Source of the DNA: Gemmatimonadales bacterium
GTDB lineage: Bacteria > Gemmatimonadota > Gemmatimonadetes > Gemmatimonadales > GWC2-71-9
Reading direction: 5' to 3'
NCBI GenBank assembly: GCA_036501385.1
Contig: DASYAK010000055.1
Coordinates: forward strand, 6,032-70,031
Length of the DNA stretch: 64,000 nucleotides
A model generated the notes under the pieces. The model made no database searches and had not been told where the DNA came from. It worked only from the letters and a program-made list of their open reading frames with translations. Position 1 is the first letter of the stretch; each line of letters begins with the position of its first letter. Positions 40,401 to 49,636 of the stretch are shown in pieces. The position numbers were made by a program, and so were the translations under genes.

Positions 40401-40610
40401 ACCGGTTTCTGGGTCGCCGATGTCACCGATCTGGCGGCCGTCGAGAAGCGTCTCGGCGAGCTGTACGACGCGAAACACGATCGCGCCCGGGCGTTGCAGC
40501 ACTACGGCGCCTTCGTCGAACAGTGGAAAACGGCCGATCCGGATTTACAGCCAGTCGTGGCCTCGGTGCGGCAGCGGATGGCGCAGCTCACCGCCCAGGA
40601 AGGGCACTGA
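37422..40610 (+). CDS. Ser/Thr protein kinase with a TM segment and a long TPR-like C-terminal region
   Basis: GGGGMSRVF, VVVKVL, HRDIKPDNVLL, DFGIAKA and GTPAYMAPEQ, followed by hydrophobic segments and TPR-like repeats. Confidence 0.9.
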   Translation: MDLRDQLQQHLGSSYLLGRELGGGGMSRVFVADEVRLGRQVVVKVLSPDLAQGINAERFEREIKVAASLQQANIVPLHAAGEVAGLPYFTMPFVEGESLRHRLTQGQISISEVVVILRDVTRALAYAHARGVVHRDIKPDNVLLSGGAAVVTDFGIAKAISASRTDAPGGTLTQLGTSIGTPAYMAPEQVAGDPNLDHRVDLYALGCMAFELLSGQQPFANRTPQKMLAAHLSEAPPSVQQMRPDTPPALATLVNQLMAKDPGDRPQSATDVLRALDAAVTSSAPTLAFSAPGMLKKSLLMYAAAVVVVLLCARAAIIAIGLPDWVFPGAIVVMALGLPALLITAYVQRVARHTATATPTLTPGGSMAPKMPSGTIATVAMKVSPHVTWRRTWRGGAFAVGGFTSLVAVFMVTRAFGIGPWGSLLAAGKLAATDRIVLADLDVPSADSALAPIVAEAIRAALSQSRSINLVPQSDIADVLQEMKRPKDAALGDAALVHDVAERTGAKAILGGRLARLGNGYAVSLELSAAQGGAVLASYQATAASSQDLLSTIDGLARKLRGKMGESLKQVQRTIPLERATTTSLAALRKYSDAVVANDIDFDYPRAVRSAREAVALDSTFALAWRKLAVALFNSFAPASTQDSAIQRAVRYADRLPDREKYLLLGYYYENSSSAADRGKALEGYRNAYAVDSSNTTAANQLGLLYGQRHQGDSALRYFTRLLKLQQNPGSVARVAYQLAVNGNADRAAAMIDSVMKAVASSESNLMVGSARLSIWADRRRVDSAYTFAERYQHSSDATLQLNAFVAITRITGQTGRMQRSIAADSQLQLLSPSSTSALQIAIDHATADILYRDKSADGARTLDAAVSGSEWTKAAPADRPYFQVIELYAKAGKPDRARALLAELLASDPAAKAPDARADIAMADGQIAVADGKYDDALRQFRAAEIRADGFPVECRACVEFELARTFDRLNQSDSALAHLEYYVSLPDAERATGFWVADVTDLAAVEKRLGELYDAKHDRARALQHYGAFVEQWKTADPDLQPVVASVRQRMAQLTAQEGH

Positions 40611-40895
40611 CGCCCAGCGGTATCAGTTCCGCGACGCCGTCAGCGCAATGAAGTCGGCGCGGCGGTCCAGGTGGTCCAGCGCCGGCTCCTGATGCAGCCA
40701 CCGTGGCCACACGCCGTCATCGAACGATTCGCGCAGGCGTGCCATCGCCTCCTCGTTCCTCCCCAGCAGTGCAGCGGTCCTGGCGCGATAGATCGCCGCA
40801 GACCAGGGCGCTATCGAGCAGCGCCAGCACAGTCGGTGACGGTTAAGTTCTGAGGGTCGCAGCCCTGGCCACCCATCGAGAACTGTGAGGAGATC

Positions 40896-43094
40896 GTGAT
40901 CCGTCGCGCTTGCATCTTCGCACTCGGATTGCTGGCAACGGGACTGACGACACCCGACGCCTTCGCGCAGACACCGCCGCCGGTCGCCCCGGTCCGGCCC
41001 GTGACCGACGATTATTTCGGCACCAAAGTCGTCGACAACTACCGCTATTTCGAGAATCTGAAGGATCCGGAAGTGCAGCAATGGATGAAGGCGCAGGCCG
41101 AGTACACCGACGCGGTGCTGGCCCGCATTCCAGGGCGCGCGGCGTTCCTGGCGCGACTGCGCGAGCTCGACGCGTCCGACCACGCGGTGGTGAGCGACGT
41201 CTGGCGCCGCCCGGGGGATCGCTGGTTCTACCTGAAGCGGCTCGCCGCCGAGAGCGCCGGGAAGCTGTACGTGCGATCCGGCCTCAATGGCACCGAGCGG
41301 CTCCTCGTCGATCCGGCGGCGATTCCGCTTGCTCCGGCGAATCGGGGCAAAGGACCGAGCACCATCAACGGTGTCTCCATCTCGCCCGACGGCGGGTACG
41401 TCGTAGTCGGGATCGTGCCGGGTGGAGCGGAACTCGACACCGAATTCCACGTGATCGTCACCGCGACGGCACGCGAGACCGGCGACGTGATCCCGCGCAA
41501 TGCCGACAACGAGGTAGCCTGGCTTCCCGGCAACCGCGGGTTTGTCTACGCACGACCGCAGGACCTTCCCGCCGGAGCGCCCGCCACGGCAAAGGACCAA
41601 AAAGAGCGCAGCTACGTGCACCTGCTGGGGACCGACCCGCACACCGATCGCGCCGCGTTCGGCTATGGCGTGGTGCCGTCGATCACCGTCGATTCCACCT
41701 ACAACGCCGGGATCCGGATCGGTCCCGAGTGGCGATACGCGCTCGGCGTCATCGGCAACGGCTCTTTGCGCGACGGCGAGTGGTACATCACCCCGATCGA
41801 CTCGTTCGGCACGTCGCACCCGACGTGGCGCAAGGTGGCGGCCTTCTCCGATCAGGTCACCACGGCAACGCTGCACGGCGACGACCTCTATCTGCTCACC
41901 TCCCGCAATGCCTCGCACTACCAGATCCTGCGTCTCGACGCACGGCGTCCCGATCTCGCGAAGGCCGAAGTGGTGGTGCCGGCCAGCGCGGCGATCGTCA
42001 ACTACATGGACGTCGGTCAGGACGCGTTGTACGTGCAGACGACGGACGGCGGCATCGAACACGTACTGCGCGTGCCTTTCGGACCGCACCCGGCGGTCGA
42101 ACAGCTGCCGCTTCCGTTTGCCGGCCTGGCCGAGCCGGCGGCCGATCCAGAAGTCTCCGGCGCGCTGGTGTGGCTGACCGGTCGGACGAAGGCGTCGCTC
42201 CTGTATCGCTACGATCCTGTCGCGCGACGCCTGACGGACACAAAGCTCCAGCCCGAAGGCCCCTTCGACCAGCCATCGACCATCGCATCGTCCGAGGTCG
42301 AAGTCACGAGTTGGGATGGTACTCGGGTGCCGCTCACCATCGTCTATCCTGCCGGTCTCGCGCTCGACGGATCTCATCCGACCCTGCTCTCGGGCTACGG
42401 GGCGTACGGCGAGAGCATGGTGGTCGGCTACGATCCGACCTACTTGGCCGAGTATGAACGCGGCGCCGTGCGGGCTACTTGCCATGTGCGCGGCGGCGGC
42501 GAGCACGGCGAGGAGTGGCGTCTCGCCGGGAAGGGGCCAACCAAGCCGAACACGTGGAAGGACTTCATCGCCTGCGCCGAATATCTGATCGCCAAGGGGT
42601 ACACGTCCCCGGCGAAACTTGCCGGCGAAAGTGGCAGCGCGGGCGGGGTCCTGATCGGCCGCGCGATCGAGGAGCGACCCGACCTCTTCGCCGCTGCGGT
42701 CGCCGAGGTTCCCGTCGCGGATCTGCTTCGAATGGAGACGACGGCGAACGGCATCGGGAACATCCCCGAGTTCGGCAGCACGAAGACCGAAGCCGGGTTT
42801 CGCGCGCTCTACGCCATGAGTCCATACGCCAACGTCAATGACGGCGTGAAGTATCCCGCGGTGCTGGTGACCACCGGGATCAATGATCCGCGGGCGGATC
42901 CGTGGGTGCCGGCCAAGTTCGCGGCGCGCCTGCAGGTGGCAACCGCGAGTGGCAAACCGGTGCTCTTGCGCGTGGACTACCACGCGGGGCACGGCACGGC
43001 GTCGAGCGCGGCGCAAGAACTGGAAAGCGAAGCCAACGTCTGGAGCTTCATCCTCTGGCAGACGGGTGATCCAGATTTTCAGCCGAAGCGTTGA
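40896..43094 (+). CDS. Prolyl oligopeptidase (S9A) family serine peptidase, secreted
   Basis: Signal peptide. PVTDDYFGTKVVDNYRYFENL is an S9A N-terminus. GESGSAGG is the nucleophile motif. GTG at 40896, preceded by a GAGGAG RBS. Confidence 0.9.
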   Translation: MIRRACIFALGLLATGLTTPDAFAQTPPPVAPVRPVTDDYFGTKVVDNYRYFENLKDPEVQQWMKAQAEYTDAVLARIPGRAAFLARLRELDASDHAVVSDVWRRPGDRWFYLKRLAAESAGKLYVRSGLNGTERLLVDPAAIPLAPANRGKGPSTINGVSISPDGGYVVVGIVPGGAELDTEFHVIVTATARETGDVIPRNADNEVAWLPGNRGFVYARPQDLPAGAPATAKDQKERSYVHLLGTDPHTDRAAFGYGVVPSITVDSTYNAGIRIGPEWRYALGVIGNGSLRDGEWYITPIDSFGTSHPTWRKVAAFSDQVTTATLHGDDLYLLTSRNASHYQILRLDARRPDLAKAEVVVPASAAIVNYMDVGQDALYVQTTDGGIEHVLRVPFGPHPAVEQLPLPFAGLAEPAADPEVSGALVWLTGRTKASLLYRYDPVARRLTDTKLQPEGPFDQPSTIASSEVEVTSWDGTRVPLTIVYPAGLALDGSHPTLLSGYGAYGESMVVGYDPTYLAEYERGAVRATCHVRGGGEHGEEWRLAGKGPTKPNTWKDFIACAEYLIAKGYTSPAKLAGESGSAGGVLIGRAIEERPDLFAAAVAEVPVADLLRMETTANGIGNIPEFGSTKTEAGFRALYAMSPYANVNDGVKYPAVLVTTGINDPRADPWVPAKFAARLQVATASGKPVLLRVDYHAGHGTASSAAQELESEANVWSFILWQTGDPDFQPKR

Positions 43095-43218
43095 ACTGCC
43101 GCCGGCATGGCGGTGAGGTATTGCGTCACCGGGTAGTCCCGCGGATCAGCTGTCATACAACGAAGCAGCCTTCACCGCATGCGATGACGGCTGCCATTGT
43201 TCGTCGAACACCAGCTGC

Positions 43219-43605
43219 TCAATGCCCCGCGGCGCGCTGCACATCGGGCGGGAAGTCCGCCATCTCCTGAATCTGCCGCACCTCGATGATGTCTCCGTCG
43301 AGCATCGGCGCTTTCTGCGCCCACTCGATCGCCTCGTCGCGCGACTTGACGTTGATCGTCCAGTAGCCGCCGACCATCTCCTTCGCCTCCGCGAACGGGC
43401 CGTCGGTGACGCTGGTCTTCCCCTTCGAGAATCCGACGCGGGCAGCCTGCGCCGGCGGGCGAAGGCCGTTGAGGTCGATCACGATCCCGGCCTTCATCAT
43501 CGATTCGTTGAACTTCGTCATCTTGGCGACCAGGTCTGCAGGAGGAGCGAAATCCGCGCCAGCCGAGTCGTAGGCCTTGGGAATTACCAGCAGCATGAAG
43601 CGCAT
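43219..43605 (-). CDS. YciI/DGPF family protein
   Basis: MRFMLLV...TDGPFAEAKEMVGGYWTINVKSRDEAIEWA. Confidence 0.85.
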   Translation of the reverse strand: MRFMLLVIPKAYDSAGADFAPPADLVAKMTKFNESMMKAGIVIDLNGLRPPAQAARVGFSKGKTSVTDGPFAEAKEMVGGYWTINVKSRDEAIEWAQKAPMLDGDIIEVRQIQEMADFPPDVQRAAGH

Positions 43606-43651
43606 TGTCAGATCTCCTCAGGTTGATTGGATCCCCGCAGCTTCGTCGAGT

Positions 43652-44080
43652 TCAGCGGGCAAACTGGCCGGCCAGGTGGTGCGCGTCGAGTCGCAGAACT
43701 ATCCAGTCGCGCCGCCCGCGGACGATCGAAGCCGCCAGACTCCCCACGATCAATGGCGTCACCGCCATGGCACCGCCGCCGATCGCGAGGGTGACGACCA
43801 CCGCCCCCGCCATGATCACGACGAGGCCCGCGGCGGCGATCGGAGTGAGCGCCCGGCTGATCCTGAGCGCTCCAGGAAGAATGAGGCCCAGGGCGCCAAG
43901 GATCTCGGCAACTCCGATGAAGCGAAGGAATGGGACGGGAAGGGGCGCCATCCGGGATAGCGCGGCCGCGGGGGTCGCTTCCTTCATCCCGCCGGCAAAG
44001 AGGAAGAGGGCGGCGAGGACGATCTGGACGGCCCAGAGGATCCGGGAGTTGCGAGTCGAGTGCCTAGTTGAGGCGGACAT
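43652..44080 (-). CDS. DoxX family membrane protein
   Basis: ILWAVQIVLAALFLFAGGMK...FIGVAEILGALGLILPG. Confidence 0.85.
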   Translation of the reverse strand: MSASTRHSTRNSRILWAVQIVLAALFLFAGGMKEATPAAALSRMAPLPVPFLRFIGVAEILGALGLILPGALRISRALTPIAAAGLVVIMAGAVVVTLAIGGGAMAVTPLIVGSLAASIVRGRRDWIVLRLDAHHLAGQFAR

Positions 44081-44382
44081 TATCAGGCTCCGGTTCGAAG
44101 TGGCGCCGGGACCGATTGTCCCGGCTCTACCACTGCGTCGAACGGGCAGAGGCGAAATCGACAGGCCCCTGACAGGGCGAGGCCTTAGCCGGGGTTATGG
44201 ACGTCCCTGTTGGGTGTCGCTTTGCAGTATCGCCGTGGAGTGCTGCGCGGTGTCGTCGTGGATCTGCCGCAGGGTGTGGCCGAGGGCTGTCGCTTGCCCT
44301 CGATACCCCTTGACCACAGAGGTATTAGGGGGACATACTCTTGTGACATAGGCATACACCGCTCTGAACGACGAGGCGAAAC

Positions 44383-44718
44383 ATGGCGGGCTCGGATCTC
44401 TTCACCGGATCGCTTGATCTGCTGCTGCTGAAAGCGGTCACCTGGGGTCCCAGGCATGGCTACGCCATTGCGCGGTGGTTGCGGGAACAGACCGGCGACA
44501 CCCTGCCGATTCACGAAGGCGTCCTCTATCCGGCGCTGCACCGTCTCGAACGCAAGGGATATCTCGACGAAGAGTGGGGCCCGACCGAATCCAACCGCGA
44601 AGCGAAGTTCTACCGACTTACTCCCGGCGGGCGCGCGGCGCTGCGCGCAGCAACCGCGCGATGGCGGCTCTACGCCGGCGTCATGAATGCGGCGCTGGAA
44701 GCGCGGCGCGGACCGTGA
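44383..44718 (+). CDS. PadR family transcriptional regulator
   Basis: GSLDLLLLKAVTWGPRHGYAIARWL...GVLYPALHRLERKGYLDEEWG. Confidence 0.9.
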   Translation: MAGSDLFTGSLDLLLLKAVTWGPRHGYAIARWLREQTGDTLPIHEGVLYPALHRLERKGYLDEEWGPTESNREAKFYRLTPGGRAALRAATARWRLYAGVMNAALEARRGP

Positions 44719-44722
44719 TGCC

Positions 44723-47361
44723 ATGAAGCGCAGATTCAGGTGGTCGCACGGCCACCAAGAGGTCGACGCCGACGTCCAGCGCGAACTCGACTTTCACGTC
44801 GATGAACGCCGCCGCGAATTCGCCGCGCAGGGTTTGTCGTCCACCGCGGCCGATCGTGCGGCCATTGATGCGTTTGGTGACCGCTCACACATCGAGTCGG
44901 AGGTGCGCATGCTGCGCCGGGAAACGGTTCGGAGCCGCGAGCGCCGGAGCCACTGGCACGATATCCGGCAGGACCTGCAGATCGCCACCCGGGGGCTGCG
45001 ACGGACGCCCGGGTTCACCGTCGTGGCACTCCTCACGCTCGCCCTCGGGATCGGCGCCAACAGTGCCGTGTTCTCCGTGGTCGACGGTGTCCTGCTGCGT
45101 CCGCTCCCCTTTCCCGCGTCGGGTCAGCTCGTGCAGCTCTGGAGCGATCATCGAGCTCGCGGTCGCGCCGAACCCGAGTGGCTTACGCCGCCGGATTTCG
45201 CCGATTGGCGCGACCAAAACACGACGTTCAGCAGCATGGGGACTTACCAGAACTGGGGACCGACCCTCACGGGGGCCGGTGAGCCCGCAGCGCTCAACGG
45301 TCTCGCCGTGAGCGGAGATTTCTTTCGCACCCTCGGGATCGCCCCCGAGCTCGGCCGGACCATCTCGTCCGATGACGACAATCCCGGCGTGGAGCCGGTC
45401 GTGGTCATCGGCGACGCGCTCTGGCGAGGACGCTTCGGCGGCGACCTGACGATTCTCAACCGGCAAGTCCAGCTGAACGGACAATCGTGGCGCGTGGTGG
45501 GTGTGATGCCACCGTCGTTTCGCGCGCCGTTACCTGCCCCGATCGCCGTCTTCCGGGCCGCACGACGTCCCGCTGGCACCTGTGGTCGTGGGTGTATCGT
45601 CCTTCGCGCCGTGGGGCGCCTCAAGCCGGGCGTGACGCTGGCGCAGGCACAAGCCGATATCGGCGGTATCGCGCGCCACGACGCGACGACGTTTCCGGCG
45701 ACGAACAAGGATGTGGGCGCGTGGCTCATCCCGTTGCACGAACAGATCACCGGGCCGACTCGCCGTCCACTTCTCGCGTTGACTACCGCTGTCGCATTGG
45801 TCCTGCTCATCGCCTGCGTCAACCTCGCCAACCTTCTCCTGCTGCGCGGCGAGGCGCGCGCTCGTGAATTCGCCGTGCGCGCGGCTCTCGGCGCCGGGCG
45901 CGGACGGCTCGTCCGGCAGCTTGTGACAGAGGGATTGCTCCTCGCGTCGATTGGTGGCGTCCTCGGTCTCGCGGTCGCCGCGGCGGGAAGTCATTGGCTC
46001 GCGGCGGTTGTGCCGCCGATTGTGCAGCAGCTCCAGGGGGTCAACCTCAGCGCCGCGGTCGTCGCCTTCACGGCAATCGTCAGCATCGCTGCCGGGCTAC
46101 TCTTCACCCTCCTTCCGGCCGTGCGATCGACAGGGTACGACCAGCTCGGACTCCTTCGCTCGGGATTGCGCGCCGGGAGCCCGCACCGGAATCGGATCCA
46201 GCAGCTGTTGGTGACCGGACAGCTGGCACTTGCCGTGATTCTCCTCACTGGCGCGGGATTGTTGATCCGGAGCCTGGTCGCAATGGAGCGCGTCGACCTC
46301 GGCTATCGCACCACGGGTCTTCTCTTCGACATCGTCACGCTGCCGGCCGCGCAATACGCCCCGGCAACGATCACGCCGACGATGAACACGGTCGTCGACC
46401 GGCTGCGCGCCAATCCGGCGGTCCGGTCGGCCGAGCTGGTCGATCAACCGCCGCTGAGCACCGGCGACCAGGACATGACGGCGATCCCGCTTGGCGAACC
46501 ATTCGACGTTGATGCTCCACCGGCACTCTGGTATCGCTCACGTCGCCCGGGTATCTGCGACTGATGCACATGCGGATCGTGAGCGGACGCCCCTTCGACG
46601 CCGGCGACCGGGCCGGATCGGCGTTGGTCGGCATCGTCAACCAGGAAGCAGCCAAGAAACTCTGGCACGGAGGGAATCCAGTCGGACGGATTCTCGCGAG
46701 CAGCACCGATTCCGCGGCTCCTCGCCTTACCGTCGTCGGTGTGGTCGCCGACGACCGGGCTGACGGGCCTAATCAACCCGCGAAGGCCGAGCTCTTCCTT
46801 CCGTTCGGTCAGATCCCAACCAACGGGTTTTCCGTCGTGATCGAACCGGCGCACGGCTACCCCGCGGCAATCGCGGCGCTGCGCGCGACGTTACATGACG
46901 TCGATCCGCTCCTTCCGTTCGCCGAACCGGCGCCAATCGAGCGTGACGTGAGCGACGCGGTCGCCCTCCCGCGCCTCTACGCGACGCTGATCGGAATCTT
47001 TGCCGGGGTGGCGCTCGCACTGGCGATCATCGGCGTCTATGGCGTGATGGCCTACGTGGTCGCTCAACGCCATCGTGAAATCGGGGTGCGCCTGGCGCTG
47101 GGTGCGTCACCGGCTGGAATCCGTCGACTGATGCTCTGGCGCGGTGTCCGGCTGGCCGCGATTGGTGCCATCACTGGGCTCGTTGGTGCCGCACTGCTCT
47201 CCCGGCTGATGGGGTCGCTGCTGTTCGAGGTGAGCGCGACCGATGCTGCGACTCTCATAGTCGTTCCGCTGATTCTGCTGGTGGTCGCTTTCGTTGCGTG
47301 CTGGATTCCTGCCCGGCACGCGATGCGGATCGATCCGATCGAGGCGATCCGGACGCAGTGA
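44723..47361 (+). pseudogene. ADOP-type duplicated FtsX permease split by a frameshift at about 46541 (ORFs 44723-46564 and 46564-47361)
   Basis: Frame A ends ..PPALWYRSRRPGICD*. Frame B reads ..SLTSPGYLRLMHMRIVSGRPF, matching the conserved xPxYF..GRxF block of the paralogs. The TGA and ATG overlap (TGATG). Confidence 0.8.
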
Positions 47362-47400
47362 GGCAGGCGCTCGATCGGCAAGCAGGTCGATGTCGATGCC

Positions 47401-47499
47401 GCAGTGGGGTGTCGCTTCGCGAGCCTTAGACGCGCGGGGCCTCTCTCGGGATCGTCGTCACGCCGAGCGCGTCTTAAGCGCGCGAAGCGACATCCCTGC
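47401..47499. repeat. About 100-nt imperfect palindromic intergenic element, copy B
   Basis: The arms are GCAGTGGGGTGTCGCTTCGCGAGCCTTAGACGCGC and GCGCGTCTTAAGCGCGCGAAGCGACATCCCTGC. The right arm matches copy A at 22 of 27 positions by hand alignment. Confidence 0.6.
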
Positions 47500-47512
47500 C
47501 GCGTAATCCGAC

Positions 47513-49588
47513 CTACCGCTGCCACCCCGTCGCAGCACTCCGCGATTGATTGATCCGATCGACGTCGGGGAAGAATCCATCCGGATCGATCGCAACGGCA
47601 GTGATCGTGCTCGCACCAGCGATTGTCACGCTCGTCTGCCGCTTCCCGCTCAGCCACACATCCACCGGAATCGTGATCCGCGTGACGCTGCTGTCACGGT
47701 GCGTCACGGCGAGGAACACCGGCATCGGCGCGAGGCCGCGATCCCCGATCGTCACGGTCAGTGAATCGCCGGTGATCGCAACGTTGTCGATCGCCTGATC
47801 CAGCGGCCAGGCGTGATAGAACCAGGTGCTCCAGAACCAGGAGAGATCCCGGCCCGCCGCGTGCGACACGGCGTTGAAGAAGTCGTACGGTTGCGGGTGC
47901 TTCCCGATCCACTCCCGGCCGTAGGTGATCAGCGCCTGGTGCAGGACGTCGCCGCCGAGGATGGCGCGCAGAGCAGAGAGCACCTGTGCCGTCTTGTCAT
48001 AGTAGACCACGAGATAGGCGTTGTCGGGAAAGTCGTCGCCGTGAAGCATCAGCTCGTCGTCCTCATCGCGGCGCACCGTGCGGAGGTAGATCGCCCGCTG
48101 CCCGTGCTCCGAGTCGTTGGGCCGCCCGCCAGTCCGGTTCTCGCCGTAGAGGGCGCGCATCGCCTGCGCCACGTCGAACTGGGTGAAGCCCTCGTCCATC
48201 CAGGGGTTGCGCGTCTCATTCGATCCAACCTGCATCGGAAACCACATGTGTCCGGTCTCGTGCATCAGGTCGCCGGCGAGCGACAGCGTATCGGCCCATG
48301 GCTGCATCAGCGTCATCATCGGGTACTCCATCCCGCCGCTGTCGAGGATCCCTTCCATCGACGTCATCTGCGGCCAGGGATAGCGCCAGAGCCACGCCGA
48401 CATCTGTTCGATCGCGTCGCGAGTGAAGCGCGCGCCACCGACGGCCCACGCCGTGGCATCCGGCGCGAGCCGGTAGAACGAATTGATATCGACGGTGTCG
48501 CTCGTCCCGGCGTCGTTGCGCACCAGCGCGCGCGTGGCATCCCACGCATACTCGTCGCTCGTCCCCCACGAGAAATCACGGACATTGTTGGCAACGAAAT
48601 GCCAGCTCACGACGTCGCCGCCACGCGAGAAGGCGGCGCCTGCATCGGCCCCGGGAGAGGCAATCCGCACCGTGCGCCCGGTACGACGCGCCACGGCAAG
48701 CGAATCACGCGCCGCGGATGAGAGAACGACACCAGCGTTCTGCAGCGTGCCGGTCGCACCGACGACCCAACCACGCGGTACCGCAACCTCGACGTCGTAG
48801 TCGGCAGGATCCATATAGAACTCCGCCTCGAGGAGATACGGATCGGTCACCCAGCCGTCGACGTCGTCGTAGACGGCAACTTCCGGATACCAGTATCCCA
48901 TGAAATAGACGTTGCCGTCGCGACCTTCCCTTCCATCGGCCGGTGCGGGTGCCGGAGAATACGACCAGGCGATGTCGAGTGTCGCGATGGCACCAGGAAT
49001 GAGCGGCGTCGCCAGCGGAATCGACATCACGGTACCGTTGACCGCGTATTCGCCCGGGGTCGCTCGCCGAGCCGCCGCCGCGGTCACCGGCATCGCGGGG
49101 TTGCGATTCCCTTCCTCCTGAATCGCCACGCCGTCGAGCAGCACCGATTCAAGCGTCACGCCGTCGGTGACGGGCACGCTCTGCCTCCGGGGCGAGCCCG
49201 GCGCGAACGCGTTCTGGCGGAGGTAGATCTCGATCGTGCGAATCGTGTCGGGCGATGCGTTGCGGTAGATAATTCGCTCTTTTCCCGACACGCGGTGCGC
49301 CGCCGTGTCGAGCGCGGCATGGATCTCGTACCGCGGATGCTGCACCCAGTAGTTCGGGCCCGGCGCTCCAACCCGCGTGCGCGTTCCACGCGTGACCGCA
49401 CGGGAATAGTGCGACGATTCGAACACCGGCCCGGGAATCGGCCGCGGCTCATGTGCAGTGGCCGCGGGATCGACAATCGGCGCGGGAAAGGTCTGCGCAC
49501 CGAGGGGCGCGCCCATGCAGAGGAGCGCCGCCACGGCGATTGCCATCGTCCTCACTGGTGTGCTGCCGCCACACGAGAATCCTGGCAT
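47513..49588 (-). CDS. M1 family (gluzincin) metallopeptidase, secreted
   Basis: HETGHMWFPMQVGSNETRNPWMDEGF (HExxH-18-E). Signal peptide. The ATG at 49588 is preceded by GAGGTGG. Confidence 0.85.
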   Translation of the reverse strand: MPGFSCGGSTPVRTMAIAVAALLCMGAPLGAQTFPAPIVDPAATAHEPRPIPGPVFESSHYSRAVTRGTRTRVGAPGPNYWVQHPRYEIHAALDTAAHRVSGKERIIYRNASPDTIRTIEIYLRQNAFAPGSPRRQSVPVTDGVTLESVLLDGVAIQEEGNRNPAMPVTAAAARRATPGEYAVNGTVMSIPLATPLIPGAIATLDIAWSYSPAPAPADGREGRDGNVYFMGYWYPEVAVYDDVDGWVTDPYLLEAEFYMDPADYDVEVAVPRGWVVGATGTLQNAGVVLSSAARDSLAVARRTGRTVRIASPGADAGAAFSRGGDVVSWHFVANNVRDFSWGTSDEYAWDATRALVRNDAGTSDTVDINSFYRLAPDATAWAVGGARFTRDAIEQMSAWLWRYPWPQMTSMEGILDSGGMEYPMMTLMQPWADTLSLAGDLMHETGHMWFPMQVGSNETRNPWMDEGFTQFDVAQAMRALYGENRTGGRPNDSEHGQRAIYLRTVRRDEDDELMLHGDDFPDNAYLVVYYDKTAQVLSALRAILGGDVLHQALITYGREWIGKHPQPYDFFNAVSHAAGRDLSWFWSTWFYHAWPLDQAIDNVAITGDSLTVTIGDRGLAPMPVFLAVTHRDSSVTRITIPVDVWLSGKRQTSVTIAGASTITAVAIDPDGFFPDVDRINQSRSAATGWQR

Positions 49589-49636
49589 CGTTCCACCTCT
49601 TCCGTAATCAAGACAGCCGGTTGTGCCCGAAGCCCG

